This document shows positions 17,815-34,080 of a DNA stretch of 64,000 nt, piece after piece. The stretch's first letter is position 1, and each line of letters opens with the position of its first letter. The DNA comes from the human T2T-CHM13v2.0 reference genome, Homo sapiens: assembly GCF_009914755.1 (NCBI RefSeq), contig NC_060931.1, one strand, 5' to 3'. A program made the translations under genes and the position numbers. The notes under the pieces were generated by a model. The model saw only the letters and a program-made list of their open reading frames with translations, was not told where the DNA came from and did no database searches.

Positions 17815-20800
17815 ATTTAAAGTGTACAGTTTGATGAGCTTTGATCGATGTGTACAACCAAGAATCCACCGCCTCCTCCAAGATCTTTGCGTTTCGTTAT
17901 AAATATTTCCCCCCATCTGAGACTTGGACCTTCCTATTGGTGTAACCTCAGTCGAGTCACTTCATTTCCCTGAGTCTCAGTTTCCTCAGCTGTGAAATGG
18001 GGATAATGATTCTGACCAGGCAGTGGTGTCATGGGACTCAGAGTGAACAATGCGTGTGGCTGGCATGTCATACGAGTGCAGTGAGTGCTAATTCTCTTGT
18101 CTTCCCTCACTGTGTGTGTATTTATTTAGTCCATAGATATTACCTGAACACCTACTATGTGCCAGGCCCTGGGCTGGACACTGGATACCGTGGAAAACAA
18201 GACAGAAAAGGTCCATGTCCTCTATTGGGGGAGACAGACAGCAAAGAAGCCAACAAATGAATAAATAAGAGCAGTGTTCCCCGATGACCCCACACAGACC
18301 CATGCTGGGAAGCAACAAGATGCGCAATGTGGTGGAGAGGGCCCGGCGTGGGCAGTGGTCTTTGGAGAGAGTGAGAAGGTGCTGTCTAAGCTGAGTGCAG
18401 GAGAAGCTAGAGCAGCACGGAAGGGAAATCTAGTCAGAGGGAACAGCAAGTACGGCAGCTGTGAGGCTGGAGCTTGGACCTGGAGAGCTCCCATAAGGCC
18501 TTTCCCATGACAGCCAACAGGGGAGGAGAACCCATGGGAGGGGAACCCAGGGAAAGGCAGGTGCTTAGGGCTGCGCCCAAGGCCAGATAATGTTGGGGAG
18601 TGGCCAGAAGTGCAGTGGGCCAGGGCCAGGTGGGCTGAGGGCCTGGGACCTGCCTTACCTGCAGGCCCTTGTGGCGCCTCTTGTTCTGACTGTGGATTCT
18701 GCTCTGTTTCTGCAGCTGCCCCACCAGGTGGGGACTTGCAGCCCCCAACTCGGTGTTTTTTGGGACACTGCCAGGCCAGACAAGTGTTGCTGCCCCCCAG
18801 GCACCGGGACTGAGCCGAGGGTCTTATGTGTAATCAGCACCCAGAAAACATGTGTGGAACTCAACTAGGTCCTGCCTCAGTTTCTCCACCTTGTATTTCC
18901 AGCCTCTGCCATTCACTCTGATTTGCCATGTGTCACAACCAGCACTCTGCGAGTTGCAGGGGATGCTTCAATGACCACCATATACGGTTCCTGTCCTTAG
19001 GGAGCTCACATTCTGACTGGGCAGAAATAACTCCATGCTCGGCACTGTGAGGGTGAGTGTGGCAGGGACCATCAGTGTCCGCCAATATCCATCAGCTTTT
19101 TTCTCATACTGAGAGAATTTTGGAGCATTAGTGGGAAACACGCTAACATAATCGGCAGATAGTGATTCTATTTTCCAGCCTCCTTTGCAATTACGTGTGG
19201 TCATATGACTAAGCTCCAGCCAATGGGATTAAGTAGAGGTGATAGGCACCGCTTCTGAGGCATGCCCTTAAGAGGAATGAGCCTTTCTCTCTCCCCTCTG
19301 CCTGGAACGTAGATGTGATGGAGAAGCTATAGCAGCTGTTTTGGACTTGACTGGAAGCTATGGATTGAGGATGACAACTAGAGAGAAGGAACCCAGAATT
19401 CCAGAATGAGCTTGCGAACTAAACCTTCCCCAAAAGAGGCAAATTTTAAAGCCTTGACAATGAGAATGAAGACTTTTTGAGACAAAGTTTCCAGGAGAGA
19501 CATAGCGTATAGGCAGATCCAGGGGCAGGAGAGAACATGGAGAATTTGAGGTACCTAAAGAAGTGGAGGATGGCTGGACCATAAAGGATAATGGGGCAGG
19601 TGAGATGGGGCTGGAGAGGTGGCAGAAGCCACTTTGAGGAGCCTGAAAGAGCCAGGTTAAGCCCTTTGGACTTTGTCCTGTGGGTAAAAGGGAGTCATGG
19701 AAGGCTTATGGAAGGAGAGGGAGTGATTAGATTTGCTTCTTAGAGCGATCTCCCTGGCCACAGGGCAGGGAATGAATTTATTCATTTATAGGATTCAGGA
19801 AAAAAATTGAGGCCCTACTATGTGTCAAGCACTAAAGGTTATCAGTGAACAAAACAGACCTAATTCCCATTCTCATGGAGTTGCAACCTGGTGGGGTGAG
19901 ACACGTGTGAAATAATCACACAGGTAAATAAGAAGTGTGATCAGGGCAATGGAGAGATGTACGTCAGGATGTGAGGTTTGTAATGAGGCGTTCAACTTGG
20001 GGGGCTCAGAAGAGCTTTCCTGAGCAAGGTGACAGGGAAACAGGAGTGGGAAGAGTTCTGTTCAGAGGAAACAGCATGGGCTGTTGATGCCCAGACAGCA
20101 GCAGGGAGAGTGGGGGCTTGGCTGGTGTCCAGGTGGAAGATGATGGCAGAGCTGGAGAGACATGGGCACAGATGGAGAAGGAAAGCAGGGACTCTTGAGG
20201 GCCAGCCATCTTCTGGCTTGAGCAAGGTGTGTACCAAGAGAGAAGTCCAGTGGGGAGGAAATATGATGAGTTCAAATATAGTGTGTTGGATTTGAGGTTC
20301 CCATAAGCCAATCAAGTGGAGATGCTGACTGGGTCTTTGCATACCAGGGTCTGGTACCCAGGGGGACTCCCTGGCTAATTACAGTCATGATCCTTCCACC
20401 TGGAGCACTGTGTGGACTCCCAGTCTCGAGCTTGCCAAGTGCCAGCCTTTGAGGGCACCTCATGTGTGCCGGGAGTTGTGCTTACGGTAGACACAGTGGT
20501 TGCACATCCATGACTTCTTTGCTGACGGGATTCAGTTTTGTTGGTTATGCCTCTACTCAGGAGCTCAGGGAAAGTGGCTATTCCTCGCCCCGGCTTCAGA
20601 GTGAGTTATAGGTCCAAGCCAACTGTGGCCATTCTCATTCCTCCGTCAGTGATTCGTTTGGAATTATAGATGTGATGCCATCTTGGCCAATAAGAAGTCT
20701 GCAGATCTGCAGAAGGGAAATTTGGGAACAATTTTCTCCATCATAAAAGGAGACACAGGGGAAAAAATGCCCTCCTCCTCTTTGTTTGATTTTATCATGT

Positions 20801-21647
20801 CCCAGTGTGATGCCTGGAGCCACAACAGCTGTCTTGAAACCATGAGGAGACGTGTCCATAAATTGCTGAGAATGGCATAGCAGGAAGATGAAAATAATGT
20901 GAATCACTGGTTATATCTTTATGCCTCTAAATGAAACAACCCTGTTAAATGAAATTATAAGTCCTCTATCTTTTTATTTTGCCTTCTTTAGTCAAGTGTT
21001 TTGCTCCTTGTGGCTGAAGACATTCTGACTAAGAAAGTGTTCTTATGCACTATCTCACTTAATCCTCTCATAAACCTCTGAGGTTGATATTACTATTACA
21101 GCCATTTTACAATAAAGAAACGGAGGCTCTGGGCAGTAAATGACTTTTCCAAGGTCACAAGGACAGTGAGTTACAGAGTTGGGATTGGAGTCAAGGATCA
21201 AGTGTTGATCTGAGAGTGTAACTGATCTATAGCCACAATTTCCTTTTAAAAGTCTTTCCCCTAACACATTTTTAGTAGGGAACCGTAACCCTGTTCTTAT
21301 TTTTCTCTGGAAAACTGTGATTATGGTTGGTGGGAAATTTAGAGTGGGCTGCATTTCTTTGTACACAGTTAATGGCTTTGATTACATGTTTCTGGTTTCT
21401 TTATTCTGAGAAAGGCTGCCATTGGTTGTAGAATATAATCAAATCATTTCTTATGTAAACAGCCGTGTGGCACAGAGCCAGAGCAGTTCCATCAGCAGGA
21501 AGGTGAAAATGAAACTGTGTTGCCAGCCCCGGAAAGCAATCTGCTATTCAGAGGAAAAGATCAAGGATTAATGACATGGAGTTGGGCAAAGGCTGTTGCT
21601 GTGGCTCTGAGCATTATCAGGAGGCAGGGAACAAAGAACAGTTGTTA

Positions 21648-22205
<558 letters not shown>

Positions 22206-22717
22206 CTATTCACAAATGAAGAAGTACAAAACGTGTGAAGACAAGTTCCACCCCACCAGTTATCAAGGAAATGTAAATAAAAGCTACAATGATATGTCAT
22301 TTTCTGCCTATCAGTTTAGCAAAGACAAAAAAAGATTGGCAACTCTCAGTGTTGCAGAGTAGATTCTCATACTCTCCCAAAGGGCTCTACAAGGGTCTCT
22401 GGGAGCAGAATGGCAACAAGCACCATGCCATTCACTGGGCAGAAATTTTAAAGCAACCTGGAAATTTAATTTGAGGGCATTTATTCTAAGATGTAATAGG
22501 CCAAGTAATCTCTATGGGGAAGGTCGTTCATTGCAGCATTGTTTATAATGAAAAACTGGGGGAAAAAACTCTGAAATGCCAAACTACAGAAGATTCATTA
22601 AGCAAACAATAGTCCTCATATAATGAAATGCTGTATTAAAAAATTATGAAATTGTGTTAAATATAAAACATTGTGTTAAGCTCTATTAAAAATACTCATT
22701 AAAATGACAATATAGAG

Positions 22718-23030
22718 GGCCAGACTCAGTGGCTCACACCTGTAATCCCAGCACTTTGGGAGGCCAAGGTGGGCAGATCACAAGGTCAGGAGTTCAAGAC
22801 CAGCCTGATGAACATGGCAAAACCCCATCTCTACTAAACATACAAAAATTAGCCAGGTGTGGTGACAGGCGCCTGTAATCCCAGCTACTCGGGAGGCTGA
22901 GGTAGGAGAAGCTCTTGAACCTAGGCAGTGGAGGCTGCAGTGAGCCGAGATCATTCCACGACGTTCCAGCCTGGGTACCACAGTGAGACTCTCTCTCAAA
23001 AAACAAACAAACAAACAAACAAACAAAAAA
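22718..23030 (+). mobile_element. Alu with (CAAA)n tail
   Basis: Full dimer. Confidence 0.9.
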
Positions 23031-23212
23031 GGTAATGTAGAGAGATGGCCATGACATTGTAGAGAAAAGCATTTTCATGTGCATAATCTCATTTGTATTA
23101 AGTTGTGTGTGCAATGGGCATACATTAAAAAGTGTAATCTAAAGGATGTTTCCCAAAATGTTGGCAGTGTTTATTTCTGGGCGGTAGGGGTAATTTTTAC
23201 ATTCCTTTAAAT

Positions 23213-23429
23213 CAGGGTTTCTCAACCTTGACACTATTGACATTTTGTGTCAGATAATTTTCATTGCAGGGGACTGTCCTGGGCACTGTGGGATGTTTAG
23301 TGGCATATCTGGCCTCTCCCCACTAGATGCCAGGAGCACCCCTACCCCCAATCCTAACAACCAAAAATGTATCCAGATATTGCCACATGTCTCCTGGGGG
23401 ACTAAACAACCCTTGGTTGAGAACCACTA
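23213..23429 (+). mobile_element. MER20
   Basis: TIRs CAGGGTTTCTCAACC / GGTTGAGAACCACT; 8-bp flanks ctttaaat/ttttaaat. Confidence 0.88.
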
Positions 23430-25403
23430 TTTTAAATGCTTTTCTGCATTATTTAAATATTTTAACAACAAGCATGTATTGTTATCATAATGAGAAAAAC
23501 AAACACATTTTTAAAAATTCAGTAAAGTCATCTGAGGCTCTGTGAATTGACTTTGGATTTGGTCAGCAAAATTCAGTCAGAGACCACAGAAATCTGTTAT
23601 CTTATGTTTGACACAAGGTTCTGGTGAAATATCTGGACATTTAGCAAAGTTTTCCCTGGGTTGGTTTTTGCTCGAAAAACAGCTTCTTTTTTTGCTATGG
23701 ATTTGAACATAATTAAACTCCTAGAGTGGATGCTTTGACGGTCTTGCCCACTTTCTGTTCTTTTGGTAACTACTCCAATTTTGAAGGGATTGCCACGCTT
23801 CTCTCATGTGGTCCCCCTTTTGGGGGAGCTGACTGCCTTCCTGACTCCAAATCTAAGCTAATTTTCTGAATCTCACCTTCAGCTTTAGCCACTGGTTCAA
23901 GGACGGACATGTAAGCAGGTTAGTTTGAGTCTAAAGAAGAATCAATGTCAGGAGCTTCTGGAAAAGATGACTTTCAAGTAGCCACTCAAAGAGATCTTTG
24001 TTTGGACAGAATGAGACCTGAAATTGTCATGCTTGTTTTTACGCCGTGAAGAAAACCAGCCAGAGGAAACAAACAAACAAACAAAAACTGACACACGGAA
24101 GTTGAAGCTCTGATCAAACCAAGTCTGAAGCTCACTCTTCTACTCGGCTTTTCATTAATACAAGCCAATAAGTCTCTTTTATACTTTAAATCAGTGTGAA
24201 CTGAGTTTCTATTCCTTAAAGCCCAAAGCTAACTTGTACAACCTCCTTTGATAAGAGGAACCTCTCCCAGAGTCCTGCGTTCATGTCATTTTAGCAAATA
24301 TGTATTGGACCCTTACTGGACACCAGGCCCAGTGTCTGATCCTGGGGGGACGAAGATGATGAAGACACAATCGTGGCCTTTGAGGAATGTGCTACCTGGG
24401 GTTGGGGAAGATGAGAGTGTGGGATGTGTGCCATGATGACAGGGACACAGAGACAGTCGGCTTGGGGTTGGGGAGAAGAAATCCTTGACTGAGCCTGTCT
24501 GAAAGGAGAGTAGGGAAGGGAGAAGGGCATCTGCCAGCCTGGATGCTTGAGAGATTGCTGTAAGGCAGGGCAGCCACCGTGTGCAGAAATGAAAGAGCTG
24601 TCGAGATGGGGAGCATGACCCCGGAGGCCTCCGGGGAACCCCACATAAAGGTGGCTCAGGCAGGACTGGGTCCCCAGAGAGAACCCTGCAGCTTTAGAGC
24701 ATGAGCCCCACCTCCCACCTCCCGCCACTTGGTGCAGTCCAGCTGCTGGCAGAGAAGGTGGGGGTTGGGGAGGGACCCCTTGTCAGAGCCCAGCTTTTTC
24801 ATTCCAAGGATGGAAAGACCAAAATATCAGCAAAGATGACAAGGATGAATATTCTATCAACAGCATTCATTCCACACAAGCTCCTATGGCAGAGGGCAAA
24901 ATCAACCCAGGCTTAGGGATTGGTGGGAGATAGATAATCACCTATAACCCTGAAAAATATAAAGCTTTGATCATGCTCTAGGGGTTTCTAACAGACATTC
25001 CAGGGAAGTCAGGGAAGGCTTCTTGGAGGAAGAAGCACTTAAGCCAAGAGCTAAAGGGAAACAAGTTCCCTTGGCAAAGCTGGGAAGGAAGGGGTTTCAG
25101 ATGGAGGGAACAGCCTGTGCAAAGGGCCTGTGGCAGGAAAGAACATATACGAGCAAGGGCTTTGCATTCACACCCTACTTTTCATGGGTCCTGACCACAA
25201 GCCTGTAAGGTAGGTCTTGTTATCACCATTTTAGAAATGAAGACATTGAGACTTAGAGAAGCAGTGACCTGCCCAGGGACACACAGCCAGGAAGCAGCAG
25301 AAATGGGAATTGAACCTGCGTTCTTCATCATACCCTGGTCTGTCCCTGGTAGGGGTCAACCAGCAGCTTTCTGACTGCTGGGATACTTCTTTTTGAGAAC
25401 ACA

Positions 25404-26310
<907 letters not shown>

Positions 26311-28956
26311 TGTCTGGGGAGGTTGCAGAACTGGCCTGTCTTCCCTGCCCTGCACACCACCAGGCCCCTGCTCTCTTCCTTTCTCCCTTCCACCCTTCTG
26401 CCCTTTCTCCCTCTAAGTCTGTACTCAGTGCCCCCGGGAAGGGCTGGGACACCAAGTACGGGGATCCCAGGAGGCTTCCTGGCTTTTGAGTTTCAAAAGT
26501 TGAGAGGAGCAGGAAGAACTCACATCTTGCAGAGAGCAAGGCTCCCCTACCCAGAACCAGAGCCAGCGTCGCAGGGTAGGTACAGAGAGGGGGTGTCAGG
26601 GGTGGCCCCTAGCCTGGGGCTGAGCCCAGAGAGGCCCAGAACCTTAGGTAGAAGCAACTTCTCCAGGATTCTGGAAAGGCAGCCTCCAAGCAGCCCTTGA
26701 AGTAGCCGGGAAGCAGCCAAATGACCCCTAGGACCAGGGGCAATGGGAAAGGGACAGCCACAGCAGCGAGCAGAGCCTCAGGTGGGGGCCAGCCTGCATC
26801 AGGCAATGCCTAGTGGGAAGACAACACCCAACACCAATGCCCCCGTCCTCACTCCTATCCCCAACACCTTGGCCTCACGAAAGACCAAGGGACCCAGGGC
26901 CTTCCCAGGAGAAGTGGGGTGGGGCGGTGGCAAGGGTGGGAATCACCATTAGATAAAGCCCCCTCCAGCCTGGCATAACCATGGCACAAGATGGAAAATC
27001 AGTTCCATTTGTGGAAACATGAAGAAACTCTACAGTGCCAGTGTGTGAACTGGGACTCATACGTACCCCATGTGGAAAAGCCCCACTCATGTGGGATGTA
27101 GCCTCCATGACAGATCTCTTTCTTTGGGCATCAGAGAGGTTGAGTCACTTGCGTGAGGCAGCTCAGCAGGAAGGGGCAGAGCTGGGATTTGCCCCAAGAC
27201 CCTGGCTCCAGCCCACATGCCCTTGACCGCGGGCTGCTGAGGGAGGGTGTTCATCCCCCATTCCTGGCCAGAGTGTGGGGCTCAGAATCCCAGGCTGGGC
27301 CTGGGGGTACAGCCCCTGGGATTGGAGGATTAGACCCCAGGGCCCCTTAGGTGAGCAGAGGCCAGTCAGTCATGCAGGGTGTGGTGGAGCTGGGTCTCTT
27401 GCCCAGGCTATACACCAGGTGCCCCCTCACCTGCTGAGTATCCTGGGAGGGGCGGGTAAGGGCCTCACCCAGCAGGACAGGTTCTTCAAGGTCCTCTGCC
27501 TGGGAAGTGGTTTCCTGTGCCTCTCACTCCTCCCGGAAGGGTAGACAAAGATGCCCCAGAAACAGGCCCAGAGAGGCCAAGAGATTAGCCAGAGGTCACA
27601 CAGAAGGTCATGGGAGCGCCAAGACCACCCTTTATGGAGTCTTGTGGGAGGCAGAGACCCTGAGGAGGGAGGCACAGAGCTGGGTCCCTGTCCCTGCCCT
27701 TGCATAGAAGGCTGTTGGGGGACATGGGGGCAGGTTCTGGAAGGGCTCCTAACTGAGGCAGCACAGACGTTGTCTGTGATGCTCCCCTCTCACCTTCCAC
27801 AGGTACACCATCGTAACTGTGGGGTTTATGCCCTAGACATCTCCTACATCCAACCACATCTCCTCACCTCCCTGGCTAAGCCCTGGGCCAGGCCCCTCAC
27901 TCTCACCCACGGACTGTGGCCATTGCCCCTCCTCTGCTCTTCCTGCTTCCAGCCTCACTGTCTTCTCCACACTCCTTCCTCTGCCTACAACCTTCTGTGG
28001 CTCCCACTCACCCAACAAAAAGCCCAAACTCCTCTCCGTGGCCACAGGCCCCTGGCCAGCTCTCCTGTCTCATCACCACTTCCGATATCTGCTCCTTTGA
28101 TGTGCAGCTCCAGTGAAATGACCTTCAGTTTCTGTCCACCAGACATTTACACATTCTATTCCCTCTGTTTGGAACTCTGTTTGCACTATTTTTTTTATCA
28201 TTTGTAAAAATTGAGGTGAAATTCATATAACATGCAATTAAACATTTTAAAGTGAACAACTCAGTTGGCATTTAGGACATTCACCACGCTGGGCAGCCCG
28301 TATCCTGGCACTATTTTTCCTGATCCTCCTTTTCATCCTTTCAGTCATCCAGACATCACCTCCCCTAGGAAGCCCATCTTGACCTTCCCCTCCTCCCCAT
28401 AGGTTGGATCAGATGCCTCTTTGGACCTGCCAGGGCCCCTGTGGCTCCCCCACTGTGTTGTGTTGCCTGCCAGAGTGTGAGTGGGCTGAGGGCAGGAACC
28501 ACGTCTGATTCTTCTCAGCACTCATGACACCTGCACATGTGTGGACTTGGGGTGTGTTGTGATGAATGACAGAGGCAGAGACAGGTGGAGAGATGGTAAA
28601 ATGTGAACTGAGCATCCCTTCGTGCCAAGCCCTGTGCTCAGTGCTTACGCATGTCATGCCGTGGGGGACAGAGCAGACACAGAGCCTGCCCTTGTGCAGC
28701 TGACATCCCCAGGGGTGGAGTGAGGGGTGGGCCAACATGCCCCCTGACAATTACAAGATGGCATCATCGGGTCCGCGATGATGAGTATAAGGCATTGTGG
28801 GAGCACCCAGAAGCCTCCTGACCTGCCTGGGCTGGGAAGGTTCCTCGTGGGTGGCATCTAAAGGTTGTGAAATACAGAGAGGGGTGAGCAGGGTAGGTGC
28901 AGAGGGCTGGCAGGGAGTGTCCCCAAAAGAGAGCACAGCAGGGACAAAAGCCTGGC

Positions 28957-29150
28957 CCAGGGGGTCCTGACCGCGGTGATTTTGTTCTCCCCGGGAACAT
29001 TTGGTGCTGTCTGGAGATGTTAGTTTTCACAACTGAGGAGAGTGCTGCTGGCATCCAGTGGATCGAAGCCCCAGATGCTGCTTAGTGTCCTACAGAGCAC
29101 AGAACAGCCCCACAATGGAGAATGGCCCAGCCAGAGGCTCAGAAACCCTG
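28957..29150 (-). mobile_element. MER20 (diverged)
   Basis: Reverse-orientation MER20 core (gctgctggcatccagtgg...gatgctgct). Confidence 0.7.
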
Positions 29151-32100
29151 GCACAGAGGCAGGCCTTTGAGCGCACTAAAAGAAGCTCAGGAGAGGAGGC
29201 TGGAGGAGGCGCAGGCAGCCTCAGCCCCATCCAGGACTTTGGATTTGGGGATGGGGTATCTAGCCCAAGAGAGTACTTAGGCAGCAGAGGACCTGCTGAG
29301 ATGTAGGGTCCAGGAAGCTCCCTCTGGCCGCAGTGTGGACTAGGATGACACAGCGGTGTGATCCAGTGGCAGAGAAGTCAAGGAAAAGGGCACAGAGAGT
29401 GCAAAGTTCCTGAGGTAGAAACTGGCTGAGTGGGCTCTGGAGACAGAGGGGAGGCCAGCATGGGTGAAGTGCAGAGACTACCAGAAGATGCCATGCAAGG
29501 CCGTGGAGGCTGCAACAAAACTTAGGGGGTTAGTCCAAGAGCAATGGGGAGCCCTCGAAAGTGTTTCACCAGGGGAGGGGCACAGTCAGCCTTGGGTCCT
29601 AACAGGTTCCCTCTAATCATGGGTGGAGAATGGATCCTAGGGGTGATGGCAGCGCAGGGAGATGAGGAGGAGGCAAGGCTGGGGTCAGGTCAAGCCCGGA
29701 GCTGGAGTGAGGGGTTGAGGGGGTGTGGCCACCAGGCCCAGCTCATGGGTTTGATGGGGATGATAGGCAGAGGACTGGAGAGCGGCTCAGAAGCTTCTAG
29801 CTGGCTAGGCAGCCTGGACAAGGGGACTTTCAGGCATCTCTTTTCACCTCACGGCTCCTGGGGGCCGAGGGCCCTGATATCTGTGCCTCCCACCCCTTCC
29901 TGGACAAGTCCAGCCTCTGCATGGATGTCCTCAACCCATGCACCTGCAGGAGGCAGCCCGGGATGCTTGCTGTTGGGATTTTCCCAGAGCTCCAACCCCA
30001 GGAAACACTGCATCTCAAAGTGGAATCCAGCTGCTGGCACCACCTCTTAAAGAAAGGCCAGAAGAGGACGGAGTTGGAAAAAGCCCCGTGTTCCACAGTC
30101 GACTCTCAGCAGCGCCCGTCTCTGCTGTCTGCAGGGCCTGGGTTCAAATCCTGCCTCTGCCACCACATGCTCAGTGCCTTGGGCTCCTCACCTGCGGGGT
30201 GAGTACGGCAGCGCCTCCCTCAGAAGGCTGGTGATCATTTGAAAATGAGAGAATTCATGGAAAGTACCTGGTGCATAGTCAGTGTTTAGTAATTGTCAGT
30301 GAATATTACTATTATTATTAATTAGGGCATTGAAAATAATTCACATTTGCTCCTGTCCCCAGCTGGAAGGGCCAGTTTTGGCTTCAAATCAGCCGGGACA
30401 TCTTAGCTGATGCAGGGCCACACACAGAGCCCCATGCCAAGCTCCCAGGGGAATAAACCAGGGGCGGGCTCTTCCCCTCATAACTGACAGCCCGAGAAAA
30501 ATTGCAGTTTGCAAGACACTCTTGTGGAAAGGGAGGACTTTGGAACCATGAACCCACTCCCACACTCAGATGCCAGGGCCTGGGGCAAGTCCCTGAGCCT
30601 CTTGGAGCCTCCTGGGGCCTCATTCTTCCCATCTGAGGAATGGGAACTCTGCTGCCTACACAGGTTGCCGGAAGGCGGAATTGTACCCTCTCTACTCTAC
30701 TTTTGAGACACAGGAGGGGCTAACTCTGCCTTCCTGGGGTGGCATCCTGGTCCCTCGAGGCCCCCTTTAGGGCTGAGGGCTCCTCTTTGCCAAGCAGCTC
30801 TTGTCTCACAGACCCTCGCGCCAGCCCTCAATTGTCCCAATTCTGCTGATGAGGACTTGGAGACGTGGCCAGGTACATCACAGAGCTGAGGCCATGCCAA
30901 GCTCGGCACCCTCCCAGTCGAGGTGCCTCCCCCTTGCTCCCCTCTCAGCCCTCAAAGTCACTGGGACTCATCATCTCAAGCCAGAAAGTGGGGCCAGATG
31001 GTGACAGATCCACGGGTGTCTGTTGCATCATTAAGTGAGGGTGAAAAATGTTGCTTGTAATTAAACAAGGGAACCAGGACAGCAGCGGCCCCCGCCACAG
31101 CTGGGGCGGCTCAGGAAGGGAAGGAAGACTGGCTGAGAGTGAGGGGTGGGGGAAGAAGCCTGTGGAGGTTGTGACCTCTGTTCCTCCCCTAACATCCCAG
31201 CTCCACCTCTGCCAGCTGCATGGCCTTGGCTCCGTCCCCTCCTCTCTTTGTGCCTTAGTTTCCAGACAACAGCAAGAGCGGGGCTTGTCCTGGTCTTGTC
31301 TCACCTGTCCCCACCTCAGGGCCTTTGCACTTGAGGTGCCCCCTCCCTGGCAGGTGCTTCCCACACCCAGATCTTCCCAGGGAGGCCCCTCCACCTGCTC
31401 CAGGTCACAGCTCAACTGCCTCCTCCTCCTAGCGGCTTCTCGAGCTCTCCCATCTGGTCACCTGCTTCTGTTTTCTCCACAGCTTGGCTTGGTGCCCTGC
31501 ACACAGTAGGTTCTCAATAAGTACTTGTTAAACAAATGGAGATCCCGGTGTCATTTGTCCCTTTTATCTGTCATTCTCTTTGCTCCAAAGCCATGAGGCC
31601 ATTTCACCAATGAGGAAAACTGAGGCAGGTGAAAGAGGACACACCTTGCCAGCCTCCTCAGGTGAAGCACTGGCGATGTGGACAGCCACTGAGCTTGATC
31701 ACCCCTGGGTTCAAATCCTGGCTCTGCCTCTCCTTGGCAGGGGGACCTTGGACAAGTGACTGTGCCTCTCTGTGCCTCAGTTTCCTCATGTGTAAAAATG
31801 GATGGTTATATTGAACTCTCAGGGTTCTTGCGAGAGTCAAAGTGAAAGTGTTAAAGCAGGTGGTAGCCACTAAGTACCAGAAATAGTGTTCCATAAAATA
31901 TCTGCTGAATTAAGGAGGTGAGAATCATTGTCCACATTTCACAAATGGGGGAAACTAAGGCACAGGGAGGTGAAGCTAATTAAACAGTGGAACTGAGTAT
32001 CACCTAAGTCTATTTAACTCCAGAGGCCTCTTTTGTGCAATGAAAGTAACATTATGGAAAATTATAGGCCTCAGGACTCCCAAGTGATGGGAGGGCTAGC

Positions 32101-33196
32101 GTGTAAGAGGATGACTGGACAGGCACAGCCAACTTCCATGTGGGGGGGACAGGCAGGCAGCAGAGATGGCCCTGCCAGGGCCCACATGAAGGATGGCTGG
32201 CCATGGCCGGTCTCCACTCTCTGTCTTTCTGATATTCCATTGAGGAGTCTTGCTCTGTCACTCTCAGTCCATGGAGTTTGAGCAAAGCTGACCCAACTTC
32301 TAGCTTCAAGGAGGTCCATGTGACTGAGAACCTGGCCATGGGCCACGCGGCATGGTAAGAGATGGCCACATGATCCAGTCACAGCCCGTGAGAGCCAGTC
32401 TGGGGGCTTTGATAGGAATGGTTGAGAGAGAGTGCTGGGGTTTCCCTCTGGGTTGCTGGGCTGATAGGATCATATTAGTATCAGTGGGAGTCATAGTCAC
32501 CGTGGCAGTAGCAGCAGCAGTTGTAGTAATAACAGCTAGCACTTATTGAGCATTAGGTGTGTTGGTTAGTTAGTTAGTTATATTGATTAACTCCCTCTTC
32601 CAGAGAGACGTGGAAAACGATATCATTCAAACACCTGGATCTAGATATGCCTGAAGCAAGCACCCATGGAATTTTTATGTGACCCAATAAATTATCTTTC
32701 ACCTAAACTGTTTTTAGTTGGATTTTTGTTCCTTTCAACTGAGATAGCCCTGACTAATCCACCTGCCTTCTGGACATTATCTAGGCATCCATCTCCCCAT
32801 TATTACTGTAGCTGAAGCAGTGCGCCCATTAACTGTTTTATGCTTGTCGCTGACTCACAGGTTTCCATTGGAGTTCTTGGTTCACCCTGCCCAAACAGAG
32901 GCCCCAGGCCTACTCCTTTTCCCATTCACACTGAGCGGGAGAGAGGGCGTGTAGGCGTGAGTGCACACCTGTGTTCCAGGAAGGTGCTCTGTGTGGTTTG
33001 CTTGGCCCCCAAACACACCTCGTTATTAGTGTGATGACTGCTACTAAATAGTCCTCCCGAGCAGATCAGCTGCTTTGCATAAATGGTGATCTCACCAAGA
33101 CTTCCTGACAACCCCACAAGGCAGGTATTGTCATCCCATTTTAAACATGAGGAAAATGAGGTTCAGAGAAGCAAAGCCTGAGTCCCACAGCTCTAA

Positions 33197-33543
<347 letters not shown>

Positions 33544-33609
33544 AGCTGGGCCCTTTTCAAGACCCAAGTTCACGGACTCCAGGTGCCAGAACTCAGGGTC
33601 AACTTGGTT

Positions 33610-34080
33610 TATAATATGTGCGACAAATCTATGTGTATGTAGAGTCTATGAGTGTGTGTGTATAGTACATGTGTCAAATCTCTATGTATGCAGAGTCTAT
33701 ATGTGTGTGTATAATATGTCTCCAATCCACACATACAAATAGAATGCAAATAAGGAGGTATTCTATAGGTAATCTATATGAATATTGAATGTGTGTCTCA
33801 TATATGTGCCAAATCTATATGTATGCAAAATATATATGTGTGTAACATGTATGTAGAACCTATATAAATGTACAATATATATGTGTGTGTATAATATGCA
33901 TGTAGAATCTACATCTATGTAGACATATATGAGTGTGTGTGAAATATGTGCATAGGATCTATATCTATGAAGGACATATATGAGTGTGTGTCTCATATGT
34001 GCATAGGATCCATAGAGGACATATATGAGAGTGTATGTGTGTGTCTGCATGTGTGTGTGTGTGTGTCTAATATGTGTGTG
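33610..34080. repeat. Degenerate TA/TG-rich tandem low-complexity repeat
   Basis: Recurring AATCTATATG / TATATGAGTGTGTG units. Confidence 0.8.

Noticed and set aside
27551-28207. 218-aa ORF
   Set aside because: Largely overlaps apparent L2-like fossil sequence; no homology recognised.
33610-34080. Repeat-spacer-like pattern
   Set aside because: Degenerate microsatellite-derived low complexity, not a CRISPR-like array.
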